Numbered from the whole stretch's first letter, positions 49,966 to 63,902 are shown. The stretch: DNA of 63,932 nt, filler included, from Nemertoderma westbladi (GCA_032718475.1; 3 parts of 3 records of this genome joined end to end with filler, not necessarily neighbours in it), one strand, 5' to 3'. The notes: generated from the letters alone by a model not told the origin. Numbers and translations: made by a program.

Positions 49966-52492
49966 TGCTATTTTACGCCGAAAAATACGAGTAGCAATGA
50001 TCTGGCAAATTAGAAATGAATTCCATTAGAATCAGCGCCCCAGAAAACCGGAAATGTGAATTTATTGCATCGTAAGGGAATTAAAAATGTTGTGTTCAAA
50101 CTGAAAAGTGCTGATTACTATGTTTTTTTCATTTACTGTATCTGCCTACGTAGAGGACTAAAACAGCCATTTATAGTAATCAGATCATTTTTAAACATTT
50201 ACCAAAAAAACCTGTATGGAAAAACAATTAGCCGAAAATTAACTTCAAAATTTATGAAAATTTTTCACTACTTGTAATTTTGGTGCTGCAATATAACCAA
50301 CCACCAGTACATTTTTTCGAAATTTTTTTTCGAAAATTCGAAATTCGAAAATTCATACCAGATAAATCTACCTACAAACAAAAAATCTGACGTTTTAGAT
50401 TTTAGAGGGGGGGGGGGGGGGTCAATACGATCCCCCCCCCCCCCCACCCTCCGGTATTTGTACAGCATTTTATAGCCTGGTACTTTAAGCACAGTTAGTT
50501 AATTTATCATCTACAGTATACTCTAAACCGGTTATATATTAATGACTGCAATAATGTTTCTGACATATATACTGTATATTCCTCTATAAATTGTTTTGAT
50601 TATACTCGAATATTCGGTGATAAACGGATCTGACCCTCACGCAGTTAATGGAGTGGGTTTAGTAACATAAATTAATTTAATTACACATTAAGGGAAGGGA
50701 GCAGGTTTCTGGGTCGGTGTTTTCTAACTAGGGTAAAACAATAAACGAAACTTTATTTCATTTGCGGTCAATTTACGCTGAAGATCACATTTTGTGCGCC
50801 ACGACCTGCATTCCGATATGGTTGTCAATATCACCCGAGGCGCTGTTACATGCAGCACAACAGAAGCCGCAACCAATAATAGCCCAATTACCAAAGTGTA
50901 TGAACAGTAACGAAGGAAGTCCTTCCGACTTCAAAGAAAGTACTTTATTTAGGCAAAGAACACGCGGTTATTTCGCATCTTATTAACCTAAATGTAATAG
51001 GGAACGGCACTCCGACACGTATACTGTAGTACTACCGTAGCATACTGCGTAAGCGATGTACTGTATACAACAAACACAATGTTTACCGGTATGGAAATTG
51101 ACTCGGCGCTCAAAGTTTACAATCTGAAGTAGTTTCATTGATACAGTACTAGCGAAGTGGTGCTCAAAGTGATAAGCAGAAGGGGGGGGGGGGGGGGGGG
51201 GGGGGGGAGGGGGCATGATTCATCGATTCGTAGTGTACCTCCCGTTCTGCACGATGTTGAATATAACTTTATTTTATTGTTTTATAGATTCATTTAGAAA
51301 TGATGTAGGCCCTATATTGCATTAAAATGTTTTCAGTTAAGGTAACCCAATCAACCATGCGATGGACCAAGGTTGATGATGAGAACTTCGATACTAAGAG
51401 TGCGTTCTTTAGAAAACGAGATTTGTTTTTATCGAGTTCTTTTAGATTTGAGAGTTTTAGGTATTTTTTTCCAATATTTTCATAGCAGTTTCTATCGAAA
51501 TTCGGTTTTTATTTAATTTAATTGCGCCGTGGGAGTGGCATTTCCAACCATTAAAATTAGTATTTAAAATTAATTAATTAATAAATAGTACAGCAATAAT
51601 AAAAAATGTTAAATATTCGCCTTTGTAGACTCGGCCTAATATGTGGTCGACTTAGTATTTTGGTTGCGGTTTAGAAGTTGGTATAATGGGGCCGGATCTC
51701 CGCAGAACCGACAAACACACTTCTCCATGTCGGGGGTGTGGAACCGCGCAATGGTGCAGATTTTATTGTGGGAACTGTAGACAGATACCATTGTTGCCAT
51801 GTGTCTGCTTGATTGGTTGTGTTGAGTCCACTTTCGGTTCTGGAACGCGGGCCTGTTCCAGAATTCTAAAGGAATTTCACGCTTTTTGGCAAGTTATGTC
51901 CGATCTGTCACTTCCGCAAGGCTGCCGTTTCATTTAAACGTTGTGGGCTAACGATGTCCTCTACGAAAGTTTCCTCGCCCCAGAGCGCTATAACTAAACG
52001 GTTACGAGTGGTCTTGTGCAAACCAAGAGTTTTCTTTAGGTAGTTGCATTTTATGCTGTCTATTTTATGCAGGTTTGTTGTAGTCAAATGCGGCCAGATT
52101 AGATGAATGTTATACTGTTGAATTCTACAACCATTGTATGCGTCAACCGTATGATGAATTATACTGTGTATTTATGAATTCGGTTCAGATTTCGTAAACA
52201 ACCATTAACGCCAAAAGATTTATCGTTTATTATGTGTTTTGTAAAACATAATCTACAGTAGGATCTAGGACACTTCCCCCCCCCCCCCCCCCGGACAGTT
52301 CCCCCCCGCCCAAGTAGGACACTTCACCCCCGGACACTTCCCCCCCAGTTAAAGTGTTACAATTAATCTGGGTGCACCAAAGCAATAAACAAAAGTTAAA
52401 GATGGTTACAGGACAAGTTGTATCTAGTCAAGTTTTTTCAAAATTATAAAAGAAACATTTTTATAGTCAAATTTTGTTTGTTTTTCTTTTAA

Positions 52493-52698
52493 TTGGGGGC
52501 TGCCGCCCCCAAACCCCCGCTTCTTAGGTTGGGGGCTGCAGCCCCCAAACCCCCGCTTCTTAGGTTGGGGGCTGCCGCCCCCAAACCCCCGCTTCTTAGG
52601 TTGGGGGCAGCCGCCCCCCAAAATCCGCTTCTTTGGTTGGGGTCTGTCGCCCCCAAACCCCCGCTTCTTTGGTTAGGGGCTGCCCTCCCCAAACCCCG
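52493..52698. repeat. 36-bp GC-rich minisatellite, about 5.5 copies, each with an internal hairpin
   Basis: ttgggggc-tgcc-gcccccaa-acccccgcttcttagg. Confidence 0.9.
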
Positions 52699-53689
52699 GC
52701 ATTCCCTGTGTGCCCGTGGTGAAAGACTTTGAGACCATTTTGAAATAATCAATTCATGTTTGTATCATCAGATAATAAATTGACTAAGTCTAAAGTAGGA
52801 GCTGTATTGAATGTTAACCAAATTAATATATAAATTACTACAATATTATATAAGTCAACAAAATCCTATTAAAAATATTTCAAGTAACCAGAAAATGTAA
52901 TTAATATTTCAATATTTAATGCTGAACACAGAATACAGGTCGACGCATGTCGATTTTACCCTGGAGAGGTATAGTTTTGATTGCAACAATAATATTCATC
53001 CCCATCTGCTACAATTTGAAGAAGACTATTACATAATAATACCTAGAATTAAAACAATTAATTATTATAATTCTATAGTTAATAAAAACAGTATATCATT
53101 CGGGGGATGGAATTTATAGGTCATCTAATTAATTGTTTAAAGATTAGCAAACAATACAATGTAATTGCATCGATAAAATCCATAAATAAAGTCCGCCTCA
53201 GGTAAACTAGTAATTCCTCTAACTCATCTACATGTCGCTCACCAATCTATCTCCGTGTTAGGACCTTTATTTTGGAACAGTCTACCAAACAATATTATAA
53301 ATATAAAATCCGCAACAATATTTAAACAAACATTAAAAAAACACCTGAAAGACAATATAACTTAAATAATATTAATATATAAATAAATAATTATAGTAAT
53401 AATATAATAAAATAATACAATCATATTTAAAAAATAAATATTAATCTATTAATGGTATGAATGTTGCGATAAAATAGGAGTCTTAGGGGCCGCATGGTAG
53501 GATACTATACTTTTGGATACTATTTAAAATTGACGAAATTAATTAAATACAATACAAATAATAATATAAATTCTGACAACCCGTGAGTACATATATTTTT
53601 ACTACCCCAAGCAAGCTTATGGAGCGCAACATTGCTACTACATACAGTACGACATACGATTTTCTAAGTCAATTCTAAGTTTAAAGTTT

Positions 53690-54170
53690 AACAAACGTCT
53701 ATCTGAACAGCAGTGTGGGTTCCTAAGTCCTTGAAAGTTCTTGATGACCGACGGTATATTGACATTGCATTTTAAGATTTCCGTAAAGCATTTGATTCAG
53801 TGCCACATCAACATCTCCTCTTCAAATTGAAGTCTTTGGGGATAACTGGGAATCTTTTATAAAGTGGATTGGGTCATTTTTATCTGGCAGGTAGGTAGGT
53901 ACCAACGAGTAGTAATTGGAGGCAAACATTATTCCACAAGGCTTCCCGTAGATAGCGGGGTTACCAAGGTTTGTGTTGATGGGGTGCTATTCTTCTTAGG
54001 ATTTGTGGATGACATCCCTGCACTGTTAAGGCATTTGTCATACTTGTTAACTTGTTTAGTGATGATTTAAAAGATTCTGCTATAGTCATCCCTTCTATCA
54101 AGCTAACAGAGGCACCTCTCCAAGCAGTTCTTGATATACTGGATTGGTGGAGCAAAACATGGCAACTATT
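53690..54170 (+). mobile_element. Degenerate CR1-type RT fragment
   Basis: gatttccgtaaagcatttgattcagtgccacat (DFRKAFDSVPH), YQRVVI and WSKTWQL in broken frames. Confidence 0.7.
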
Positions 54171-54559
54171 ATCGTCGGTAATTCGACAAAACCCCCTAAG
54201 TCGATTTTTGTAGTTTTGAGAAAAACGAAAAAAACTGAATATTTTAAGAAATCTTGAGTAATGCGATCTAATTTTTGACTAAATATAATCTAAAATAGCG
54301 TATAATTTGTTTGGGCACATATTTTTAGAGGTAGATCGCATTTTAGACCATTTAATTTGATATCTGTTGTTTTGCCAGATTGTGAAACCCAATAGTTAGG
54401 TTAGAACATACAATTAAGGGGGTTATCTTTAGCATTTTATCAGATACAGCCTGGCCCATTAAATGACTTATTGGTGGGTCTAAGGGTCCAACAAAGCAAT
54501 GCTCTTATATTAGAAACACTGTAATATTACCATTATTTTTATAATTACTACTTATACTA

Positions 54560-55040
54560 TCAGCATGCTGCATTGCAATTGCATTATTATGTATTACATA
54601 TATATTAATAATGCTGCGCCGGCTTGTCAACAAAATTGCGCTGTCACATCTCCCTACCACCCATGACATTTGCTAGATCATCCGCATCTTCAAGGCCAGT
54701 GTTTAGATGCGCCTTTAACAGGCGTCCCAAGAAAGGCATGGGCTGTCCATCATGTTTATTTATTCGCCAAAGCACAATATTATGCCCTGGCTGGTCCTCA
54801 CGGCGAAAGCAATGTCCTGCAAAGCGGAGGCGGTTCAGGTCAAGTGTCAAGCTAAGGAGGACTAATGGATGTTTCCTCCAATGTTGTATAGAGTCTGATT
54901 GGAGATGTGTTCATTGTACTTGACACAATGAACCCGGCGCATCATTCTTGTGAAAGTGCCATCCAGAGATTTGGAATCCTCTGCAGTTAGAAGCCAGCAT
55001 AGACTCCCATATACGAGTACTGGTTCTACTGCTGCTCTAA
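54560..55040 (-). mobile_element. RTE-like LINE 3' fragment (family of 270-1120)
   Basis: NRLRFAGHCFRREDQP and TGLEDADDLANVMG. Confidence 0.85.
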
Positions 55041-55579
55041 AGAGAATAGAACCTTTAGATTCCGTTTTATTCCATGGGACAGCCCAGACTCCCTATTTTT
55101 ATAACTGTTTGCGCTGTCTGGATCGTGGCCATCCTGCCACACCTGCTGTTGGAAACTAATTCATGTTCACCATCTTCCGTCAGCATTGATTGCTCGTCAT
55201 TTACCACGCATATTGATTGCCATAGAATCCGGTAGAGTATCATACTCAAGATTGATGCTATGAGAATCCGTAGGCCTAAGAGATAAAACAATCCCTTCTC
55301 AATTATTATTGGCTCAACACTTTCTACAATTACCGGCTGAAGTCCTGCTCCATCATCATCTCTGATATTGTTATTGTAGACTTCTAAAACAGATAAATCT
55401 CGATTTGTCATTGCTTCACCATGAACATCTTCAGCTACACTCACTTCTGATTGAACATCTCCAGCTAAACTCTATAATCGGCCTGCTGCTTTGAAACTGG
55501 TCATTGAGATGCTGGCTTAACAAAAATATTTTGCTACCACCATGCAATCCACAATTGACAAGCCCAATGCAGGGTGCAT

Positions 55580-56440
55580 TAAGAATGCTATGCCGGCTTA
55601 TCAACAAAGATTCACCGCTACAACTCCCTATCCCCCATGACTTTCGCGAGACTATTCGCATCTACAAAACCAGTGTTCTTTAAGAGACGTCTCACAAAAG
55701 TCATGGGTTGTCCACCATGCTTATTTTCTCCATGGGGCTGCCAAGGCACAAAATTGTGCCCGACACGGGCTGGTCCTCACTGCGAAAACAATCTCCTGCA
55801 AAACGGAGGCGAATTTGTTCTAGTGTCAAGCTTGGGGGAACCAATGAGACACCTCCAATGTTATATAGTGTCTGGTTGGAGATGTGTGCATTGTACTTGA
55901 CACAGTGACCCCGACGTAGCATTCTTGTAAATGTACAATCCAGAGATTTCGTGTCCTCAGCAGTTAGAGCCAGCATGGACTCCCATAGAGGAGTACTGGG
56001 ACTATTGCTGCTCTAAACAATCGGACCTAAGTTTCCGATTAATACTCTGTGACTTCCAAATCTTGGAAAGCCTATTCAAGGCTGCCCATGCCTTTCCCTT
56101 ACGTATTCGTAGGCCCTCACCTGACTTCCGGATCCATGATCCCAAGTAACAGCAGTCGTCCACATGCACAAGCATATGCACACGATCGCCTCAGGACTTT
56201 CAAAATTAACTGTTAAAATTTTGGCCTTCTTGGAGTTAACAAAAATACCAACACTAGAAGCATCCTGTTCTAATGAGCTGAGGACCAGTTGGGCTCCCTC
56301 TAGTGATTCTGAGAGTACTCCTAAGTCATCAACAAAGTCTAGATCAGTTAGGTACTTCGCAGGATTTCCTCGACTTCTGGAGCCATTAGGTGGAGTTACC
56401 ATCACCCCATCATCATTATGAGGATCTAAGGACATTAGTA
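55580..56440 (-). mobile_element. RTE-like LINE fragment (family of 270-1120) including the RT core
   Basis: YLTDLDFVDDL, ALTAEDTKSLD and RLRFAG; frameshifted. Confidence 0.85.
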
Positions 56441-56579
56441 GAAATAGTCAACCACAATTATGAACAAGAATGGCGCAAGTGTGAGTAAAGGGGCAGGTTA
56501 CAAAGGCGAGTTGAAACAATAACAATAAGGCCAAAACAATAAGCGAGAAATCAGGAATATTAGGCTAATATCTGAATAT

Positions 56580-57732
56580 TGTAGAATATGGCAGCTGTCG
56601 ATTGCAGCACACAAATGTACTGTAGTTTATGTGGGTAAAAACAATTGCAAACATGTGTACTACTTAAATGATAGCGTCCTCAGTGAAAGTTTATTTTGTA
56701 AAGATTTAGGCTTAACAGTAATGTCAGATCTCTCATTCGATCGGTACTGCAGCGACCAAGTAGCCAAAGCATGTAAAATTGTCAACATTCTGTTTCGGTG
56801 TATTCAAACGAAAAACATTAAAGCTCTCCTTATGGCATACAAAAGTATGGTCCGCCCATTACTTGAGTATTGTACTTCAGTATGGTCTCCATATAAAAAA
56901 AGCAGTATCAATCTTGTCGAGAGCGTACAGCATTACTTTACTAGGCGCTTATATGCAAGGTGCAATATTCCCTATACTTGTTATACAAACCGTTTAGATT
57001 TTCTGTTCTTACAACCGCTGGAACTACGTCGTATCATATTTGATTTAAAGTTAACCTACAGTATTGACAGAAACCTAGTTGATCTAGATGTAGATAAATA
57101 TTTTACAAGACAACCGCGTAGTGGTCTTCGAGGGCATTCTCGTAAATTATTTGTACCTAGGTGCAGACTCAATATGTGTAAAAACTCGTTTAAGCACAGA
57201 GTTGTTCCTATTTGGAACGAGTTACCTGGAGATCTTGTTGATGCTGTAAACCTAACCATTTTTACACGGGGTTTGTCAGGGGTTAACCTACTTAAATATT
57301 GCTCTTTTTCAAGAGACCAGGGTAATCCATGGTTTTTTCAGTAAAATGTATTTAATTTCGTTAGTATTGTTTTTATTTTTATTTTTTTCTATTTTTTCCA
57401 ATGGTCAAACTGGATATTTTCTCTTACTTTGAACCAATTATTTTAAATTTAATGTTCTTTTTAATTTTCTTCAACATTCCTTGTGTAATTTTAATTTTAA
57501 TTTCAATTTCAATATTCTTTTTTTCACATTAAAACTAATTATGGACCACCATAAGTGCTATATGCCTGGTAGGTATCCTCTCCCTCGAACCATATAATGT
57601 ATCTTATATCACAATTACAATATTTTACTTATATTTAGTAAATGTATTTCGTGTATAATTTTGTATTAATATCTGTTGCTTTGTTTTTTTTTTAAATTTG
57701 ATTTCGTGTTAATAAATAAATAAATAAATAGA
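56580..57732 (+). mobile_element. CR1/L2-type LINE 3' end with UTR and (taaa)n tail
   Basis: KDLG, YKSMVRPLLEYCTSVWSP, LELRRIIFDL, LRGHSRKL and FKHRVVPIWNELP; aataaataaataaataaata at about 57711-57730. Confidence 0.88.
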
Positions 57733-57950
57733 ATAGAAAAAAAAATTAAAAACTAATTTAATTGAGAATCAACTGTCACATGTACAGATGTATGTATACA
57801 GGTATAGGCCTACCGGAACTCTGAAAAGGCTGGAGGCCTCCAAACTGCCAAACCTGCAAACAGGCAGACAGGATAGAGCTTTCATTTGAGAGAAGTTGCA
57901 TGTTTATTCGGCTTAGGCCTATCCATTTATTAAGTTTTAATTTTTGAATT

Positions 57951-60330
57951 ATGGGTAAAAAAGGGAAATCTAAAATTAAAGTCACTAACAAATCTATGAA
58001 AGGGGTTAGTCGTCTCAGCAAGACGAAACGACGAGAAAAAAATGCAATTAGATCACAGATAATGAAACGGAAATCTGATGAGAGAAGTGGAGAAAGTCGA
58101 CAGATGGTCGATAAAGAAGTGGAAGTTAGCGACAATTCTGATATAGACGATTATATCGATAATATAGGGATTGGGGAGCCGGTGAATGTTTCAGCTAGGA
58201 AGGGAGACCGGAATGGTAAGAAACGGCGTCGTATAGAAACCCAATACCGGTACCCCTCTAGTTCCGAAGAGGAGTATGACAAATGGGATGAAAAGTTTTA
58301 TACTGTGGAAAGTAAATTCGTTACCGGAGAAACAACTTCCGTTGTTCCGTTACTTCCGGTTAAGTTTGGCAATAAACTTGTTCGTCAATCGATGGTTCTA
58401 CCCAATACGAAATGTACGAATGAAAGCGATGAAGACGCTGAAGGTGACGTCATTGAATCAGATGATGATGTCATCAATTCGGATGGTGACGTGATTAACT
58501 CCGATTGTAGCGAAGAATCGCCCATTGAACCCCGATCCGCCGTTGAACTCTACGCCGAACGAGTGCGGCAACTGGCTGACAGTAAATCCCGGATGGGTTG
58601 GCTCTGCTGCCAGATAACTCAGGACCCGGACAGCAGCGGGAAGAAACTGAAGGAGATGCGAGGCTTCCTGGGTGTCGTCGACCCCGTCCTCAGGGTCTCC
58701 TTAGCCAGACTGGCGGCTCTCTCGCTCTGCGAAGTCTTCAAGGACATTCTCCCGGATTACCGGATTATAAGTCCAAATTCCGGAGGGGAAAAACTCAGCA
58801 AAGATATTCGCGGTCTGCGGGACAGAGAGGCGAGTTTACTTAGGAACTATCAATTGTATCTGGGGAAACTGGATGTGTTTATACGGAGTGGGTTGGGTAA
58901 AGGTGTGGTGAAAGGGGATAGTAGGGGGTGGATGGATGGAGAAGGAGGGTATTAAACATGGTACCGGTAACGAGTCTCTGGCTATCTGTTCTGTGTTCTG
59001 TTTGTGCGAATTACTTAGAGATAAACCGCAGTTTAACTTCCGTAACAACATCGTATTAACCCTCGTCCCGATAACCGCTTCTAAATGCGCCGCGGCCGCT
59101 AATAAATCCCGAGAAACATTCGAGTTGATCTTCGCTGAGGATAAAAGCGGCGAGTTATCCCTGGAGGTTGTCCGAAACCTCGGTAAGTTTCTCAAGGATA
59201 AACACTTCGACGTAAATCCTCGGTGCCTTGACGTCTTCCTTAAACTCGACCTCCGGGATGCGGAGGCGCCGGGTTCGAATCCTGCTAAGCGCCGTAAAGA
59301 GGAGAAAGTCGGGTTGTCTAGGAGACAGAGACGGGAGCTGAAAGAGCGCAGTAAATGGGACGCCGAGTTATTGGAGATTGACGCCGAGGAGTCCGAGGAG
59401 AAGAAGTCGAGATTCCACGCCGAGATCGTCAAGCACTTGTTCTACACCTACTTCCGGGTCCTCCGAGCTCCTTCCCGGATACTCGTACCTTCCGCTCTCG
59501 AGGGTCTCGGTAAGTTCTCCCATCTCATCAACATCGACTTCTTCGACGATCTTCTATCTCTACTGAACAGTTTGGTTGAGTCGAGTGACTCATTTGAGTC
59601 GGGTCTATCAACTTCCGGTTTAAATCGACGGGATAGTTTGAACTGTTTATTAACTGTCTTCCGGATTCTCTCTGGGCAAGGTGAAGCGATTCTAGTAGAT
59701 CCAACTAACTTCTATAGACTTCTCTACAACATCTTGTTCAACTGCGGTGACAATGTGGATGACGTTGAACTCCTCGTGAAGGTGATGGACGCGATGTTTC
59801 TCCGTCGGATGAAACTAAACCCTCCCCCGCGTCTGTGCGCCTTCATTAAGAGACTATCATCGGTGGCGCTACACCAACCCCCACCCACCGCGCTGGTCTT
59901 CCTCTACCTAGGGCGATCGTTGTTGCTACGCAACTCTGCCACTCAGACACTATTGGACACGGACACCGAGTCGGCCGCTGGAGGGCGCTATCTTCCTTTG
60001 CTAGGAGACCCAGACCGTTGTGAGGCGGTCGCCACGGCGCTCTGGGAACTGGCGGCTCTGGAGCGGCATTGGGCCCCGTGCGTGCGCCCCCTAGCGGCGC
60101 ATATCGTACGTGGTTGTCCGACCCAGTCCCATGGCCGAGGGTCCCTACCCATAGCTATGTATTCCAAGTCTCCTTCCGAACTTCTGTTTGTTTACAGGAA
60201 CTACAATCGGGACGGTTTGCTGATGCGGGAATCTCAAAACCGTAAAACTTATCCGCGTGTTTGTAGAACCGATAATCGTGATTGGCTGAAGGAATATATG
60301 ACTCATACACTAGCATCGTTGATTGGGTAA
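57951..60330 (+). CDS. NOC3L: Nucleolar complex protein 3 homolog, present as two overlapping ORFs (57951-58955 and 58936-60330) separated by one frameshift
   Basis: LLPVK, SLCEVFKDILPDYRI, LCELL...FNFRNNI, YFRVL, LEGLGKFSHLINIDFFDDLL, RLCAFIKRL and ALWEL..L.RH are NOC3/CBF motifs; both halves are otherwise uninterrupted. Confidence 0.88.
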
Positions 60331-61535
60331 TTAGTAGAAAGTTTTATGTTACAAAAATAGTATTAAACCGCGCCAACACCAGATTAAATACGGTTCCTTT
60401 TGTTCTTTTTTTGATAGTATTCATTTACTTTTGTAATTAAAACTCGACCTTACTAAGGTGAGATAGCGCCGTTTAGACTTGGGCACATAAGTAAAGTGAT
60501 TCGTGAACTGGTGAATCACGAGTTATCAGTTATCGTCTTAGAGATTTCAGCTTAACGATACCTGGATGTTCCTTTTCTGGGGTTTGAACTCTCGACATTC
60601 CGATCGGAAGACCGACCCGCTAACCACCAGGACAACCAACCTGAACTATGGGTACATAACCAAAAACCATTGGATCGGTCCCTGCAGGCAGGCCTCCATA
60701 TTGAACCGGACCCCCCCCCCACCCACCCATAACTTAGCGATTGAAATATAGAAAATTAATGGATAAACTGAGTTTATCAGTTATCGATTGCTTTATTTTG
60801 TTTTGTGTATTAATTCCTCTAGTCTGACAGGATTTTGATGGAAATGCATTTCATTTGTCAATGAATAAACACCTAACCTTACTTCAAATTTTAGATTATT
60901 AATTATTTATTTGGAATGTTTTGAAACAAGGTTTTCCGGAAATTGGTACCAGCGGCAACTTTGCTAATATTTACCATTGTGTCGTTTAAGCACTTAAGAA
61001 GGATAATATTGGATACTCAATTGTCTTTTATTCCAAAATTGAGGCAGGGATAGGGTAGAGCTACTGACGCCAATTCTATAAAGGTATTTAACAATTACGG
61101 GAAATGCACATAGCAAGTTATTATAACCAAAACAATAGACAGAGGCATCATGGCAGGGGAGCCTTCAGGTCGCCTCCGGTATTTAGTATTTCCCGTTCAC
61201 ATATAACTTATTATTGTTGTGGCCTTATTATTGTGACCAAGAGGGCAAGTCAATGAGTAGCCCGATTTAAGGCTGGTTTTTTAAGTAGCATTTTTTAGGC
61301 TACTTGGTCTGCAACTAGAAACAGCGTTTTGAGCAAGTTAATACTTTTATTTACAGCAACTTCGTCAGCTACTGGCAGAGTTGCTGAAAAGGTTGCTCAA
61401 AATCTGTCACTTGTAATGTATGGTTTTGACGCTATGTTTTTGCTTATGGCAACCAAGTAAGGGTTGTTACAATTAGCTACTTGTCACTGGAGCTCTGCCC
61501 GGGTTCTTGCAGCTATTATTAGTTTGTTTGTGGCG

Positions 61536-61668
<133 letters not shown>

Positions 61669-61814
61669 AATAAGTCGGTCAATCATGGATGAAATGGAAC
61701 CAAACTTGGTACACATGAGTAGTCTATCAAAAGTTTAGAAATTCTAAACACTGGCAGACTTCATCGTGCTTAGGACGGTTTAATTAGATATAGAACTACA
61801 ATAATTACCCGTGA

Positions 61815-63902
61815 CAGGGATGGCATGACGAAACGAAAACGAAGCCAAGCATATTTGGCAATAACGTAACGAAAAAATATTAAACGAAACGAATTAAAAG
61901 TACATGCAAATAACGAAACTAAAAACAAACAATAAGTGTTTCGTTTCATTAAATTTTTCGTTCGATATAAATTTATTAATTAAACTAAATGAAAAATTAT
62001 AAATAATCAAAATAATGATGTTCTCTTAATTGTAGTAAATATAGTAAATTATTTTATTCAATGCGGCAACCGTTATTGCCCACCAGTTTCCGTTACCATT
62101 GCAATGCAATAGACTAGGGCCATGCTACATTAGAACTGTAATAAAGCCAAGGCGTCCTTTATATAGGACGCCTTGAATGAGGCACTAAGGCAATACTGAT
62201 AGTAAATTAATACACGAAGTGGGGCCTTCGCGCAGCACGTGACTTAAATTTAATTTAAGTACTAATTCGAAAGTATTACTGTATTAGCAAATTTTAAGCA
62301 GATTTCGCCTAATCACTTTTTACCTCTTTCATTTCTATTCAGACATTTCTGACTCTAGCGGTATAGTGAGAACTGAAGATGGATTAGGGTCTCCAGCCCC
62401 ACAAAGACACAGCCTATGGATGAATAGTACATACGTACATCGGCCAAGTTTCATCTTGAATAACGGATAACGAAATGAGAGACGGATCTCACTTTCAGAA
62501 ATTTCGTCGTATAGCGGCAGACCGATTAAATCTCCCCCCCCCCCCCCCCCCCCCCCACAAAGACGCAGCATGTGGTCCAGAATATATGGCAAGATTCAGC
62601 TTAAACTGATTAAAATCAATGAGACGGGAGAATCTATTCACTTTCAGGCATAAAGTAGTCCTATAGCGGGTGACTGTTGAACTGATTTTCAACAAAACAA
62701 ATTTTCAACTTGGCAGCTTTAAATTCGACAAAGTTATAAGCATGTCAATATCATAACGACGACAACGATTTCACTTTCAGACATTTGGCCCTCTAGCGGC
62801 AGACTGGAGAACTGCAGATGGATTCGCCTCCTTTGAAAGTCACAGCTAATGGTCTAATACATATCTGCCAAGTTTCAGCTTAAACGGATTAAAAGCAAAG
62901 AAATGGGAGGGCATTTAATGTTTAGACATGTGGCCCTCTAGCGGGAGACCATTGCACTGATGGTGTCTGAAAGTCTCTCAAAAATCTCAACTTTAGCTCA
63001 TATTGATACCTACAAATTTTCAACTTGGCAGCTTTAAATCCGACAAAGTTATTAGCATGTCAAAATCGTAACGACGACAACGATTTCACTTTCAGACCTT
63101 TGGCCCTCTAGCGGCAGACTGGAGAACTGCAGATGGATTCGCCTCCTTTGAAAGTCACAGCTAATGGTCTAATACATATCTGCCAAGTTTCAGCTTAAAC
63201 GGATTAAAAGCAAAGAAATGGGAGGGCATTTAATGTTTAGACATGTGGCCCTCTAGCGGGAGACCATTGCACTGATGGTGTCTGAAAGTCTCTCAAAAAT
63301 CTCAACTTTTGCTCATATTGATACCTACAAATTTTCAACTTGGCAGCTTTAAATCCGACAAAGTTATTAGCATGTCAAAATCGTAACGACGACGACGACG
63401 ACAACGACGACGACGACAACTATTTGCATAAATTGACCCACCCCCTAACAGTGTCAATTCGCTAAGGCTCCGCCAACTTCGTGGCTCGCCCCACATACAA
63501 TAGAGCAACTGGTATACCTGGCATTTCACGTGCCGGGACGTTACGTGTTACTAGTATACTGCATAGTGTATAAAACGCAAAAGGAGAACATACCTCAAAA
63601 AGTTAGGGGTAGTCAACACCTGTATATTGATAGAATTATAATGTTTTATTTTATAATATATTGATTGTATTGTACTAATATAGTGTTGGTATGGGGGGCG
63701 GTTATATTTAAAATTTTAATTTGATAAAATCAACATTTTTAGAAGAAATCGAAACGAAACGAAAAACGAATTTAAAATGTACGAAACGAAACGAAAATTT
63801 CAAAGATTGATGAAAAACCAAATGAAACGAAACGAGTATTTGATCGGATTTGTAAAAACGAAATTGGAATTTCTTTCGTTTCGTTTCGTTATGCCCTCCC
63901 TG
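61815..63902. mobile_element. Non-autonomous hAT-like element with a nested insertion
   Basis: Termini cagggatggcatgacgaaacg...cgtttcgttatgccctccctg; 8-bp flanks acccgtga and ccccctga (6/8 identical); subterminal acgaa repeats. Confidence 0.7.
62220..63554. mobile_element. Helitron-like repeat with an internal tandem duplication of about 315 bp
   Basis: Units start near 62701, 63017 and 63331; (acg)n microsatellite; short hairpin ctggca..tgccgg followed by CTAG|T at 63551-63555. Confidence 0.55.

Noticed and set aside
58890-58960. Programmed ribosomal frameshift in NOC3L
   Set aside because: No recognisable slippery heptamer or stimulatory structure; an indel explains it more simply.
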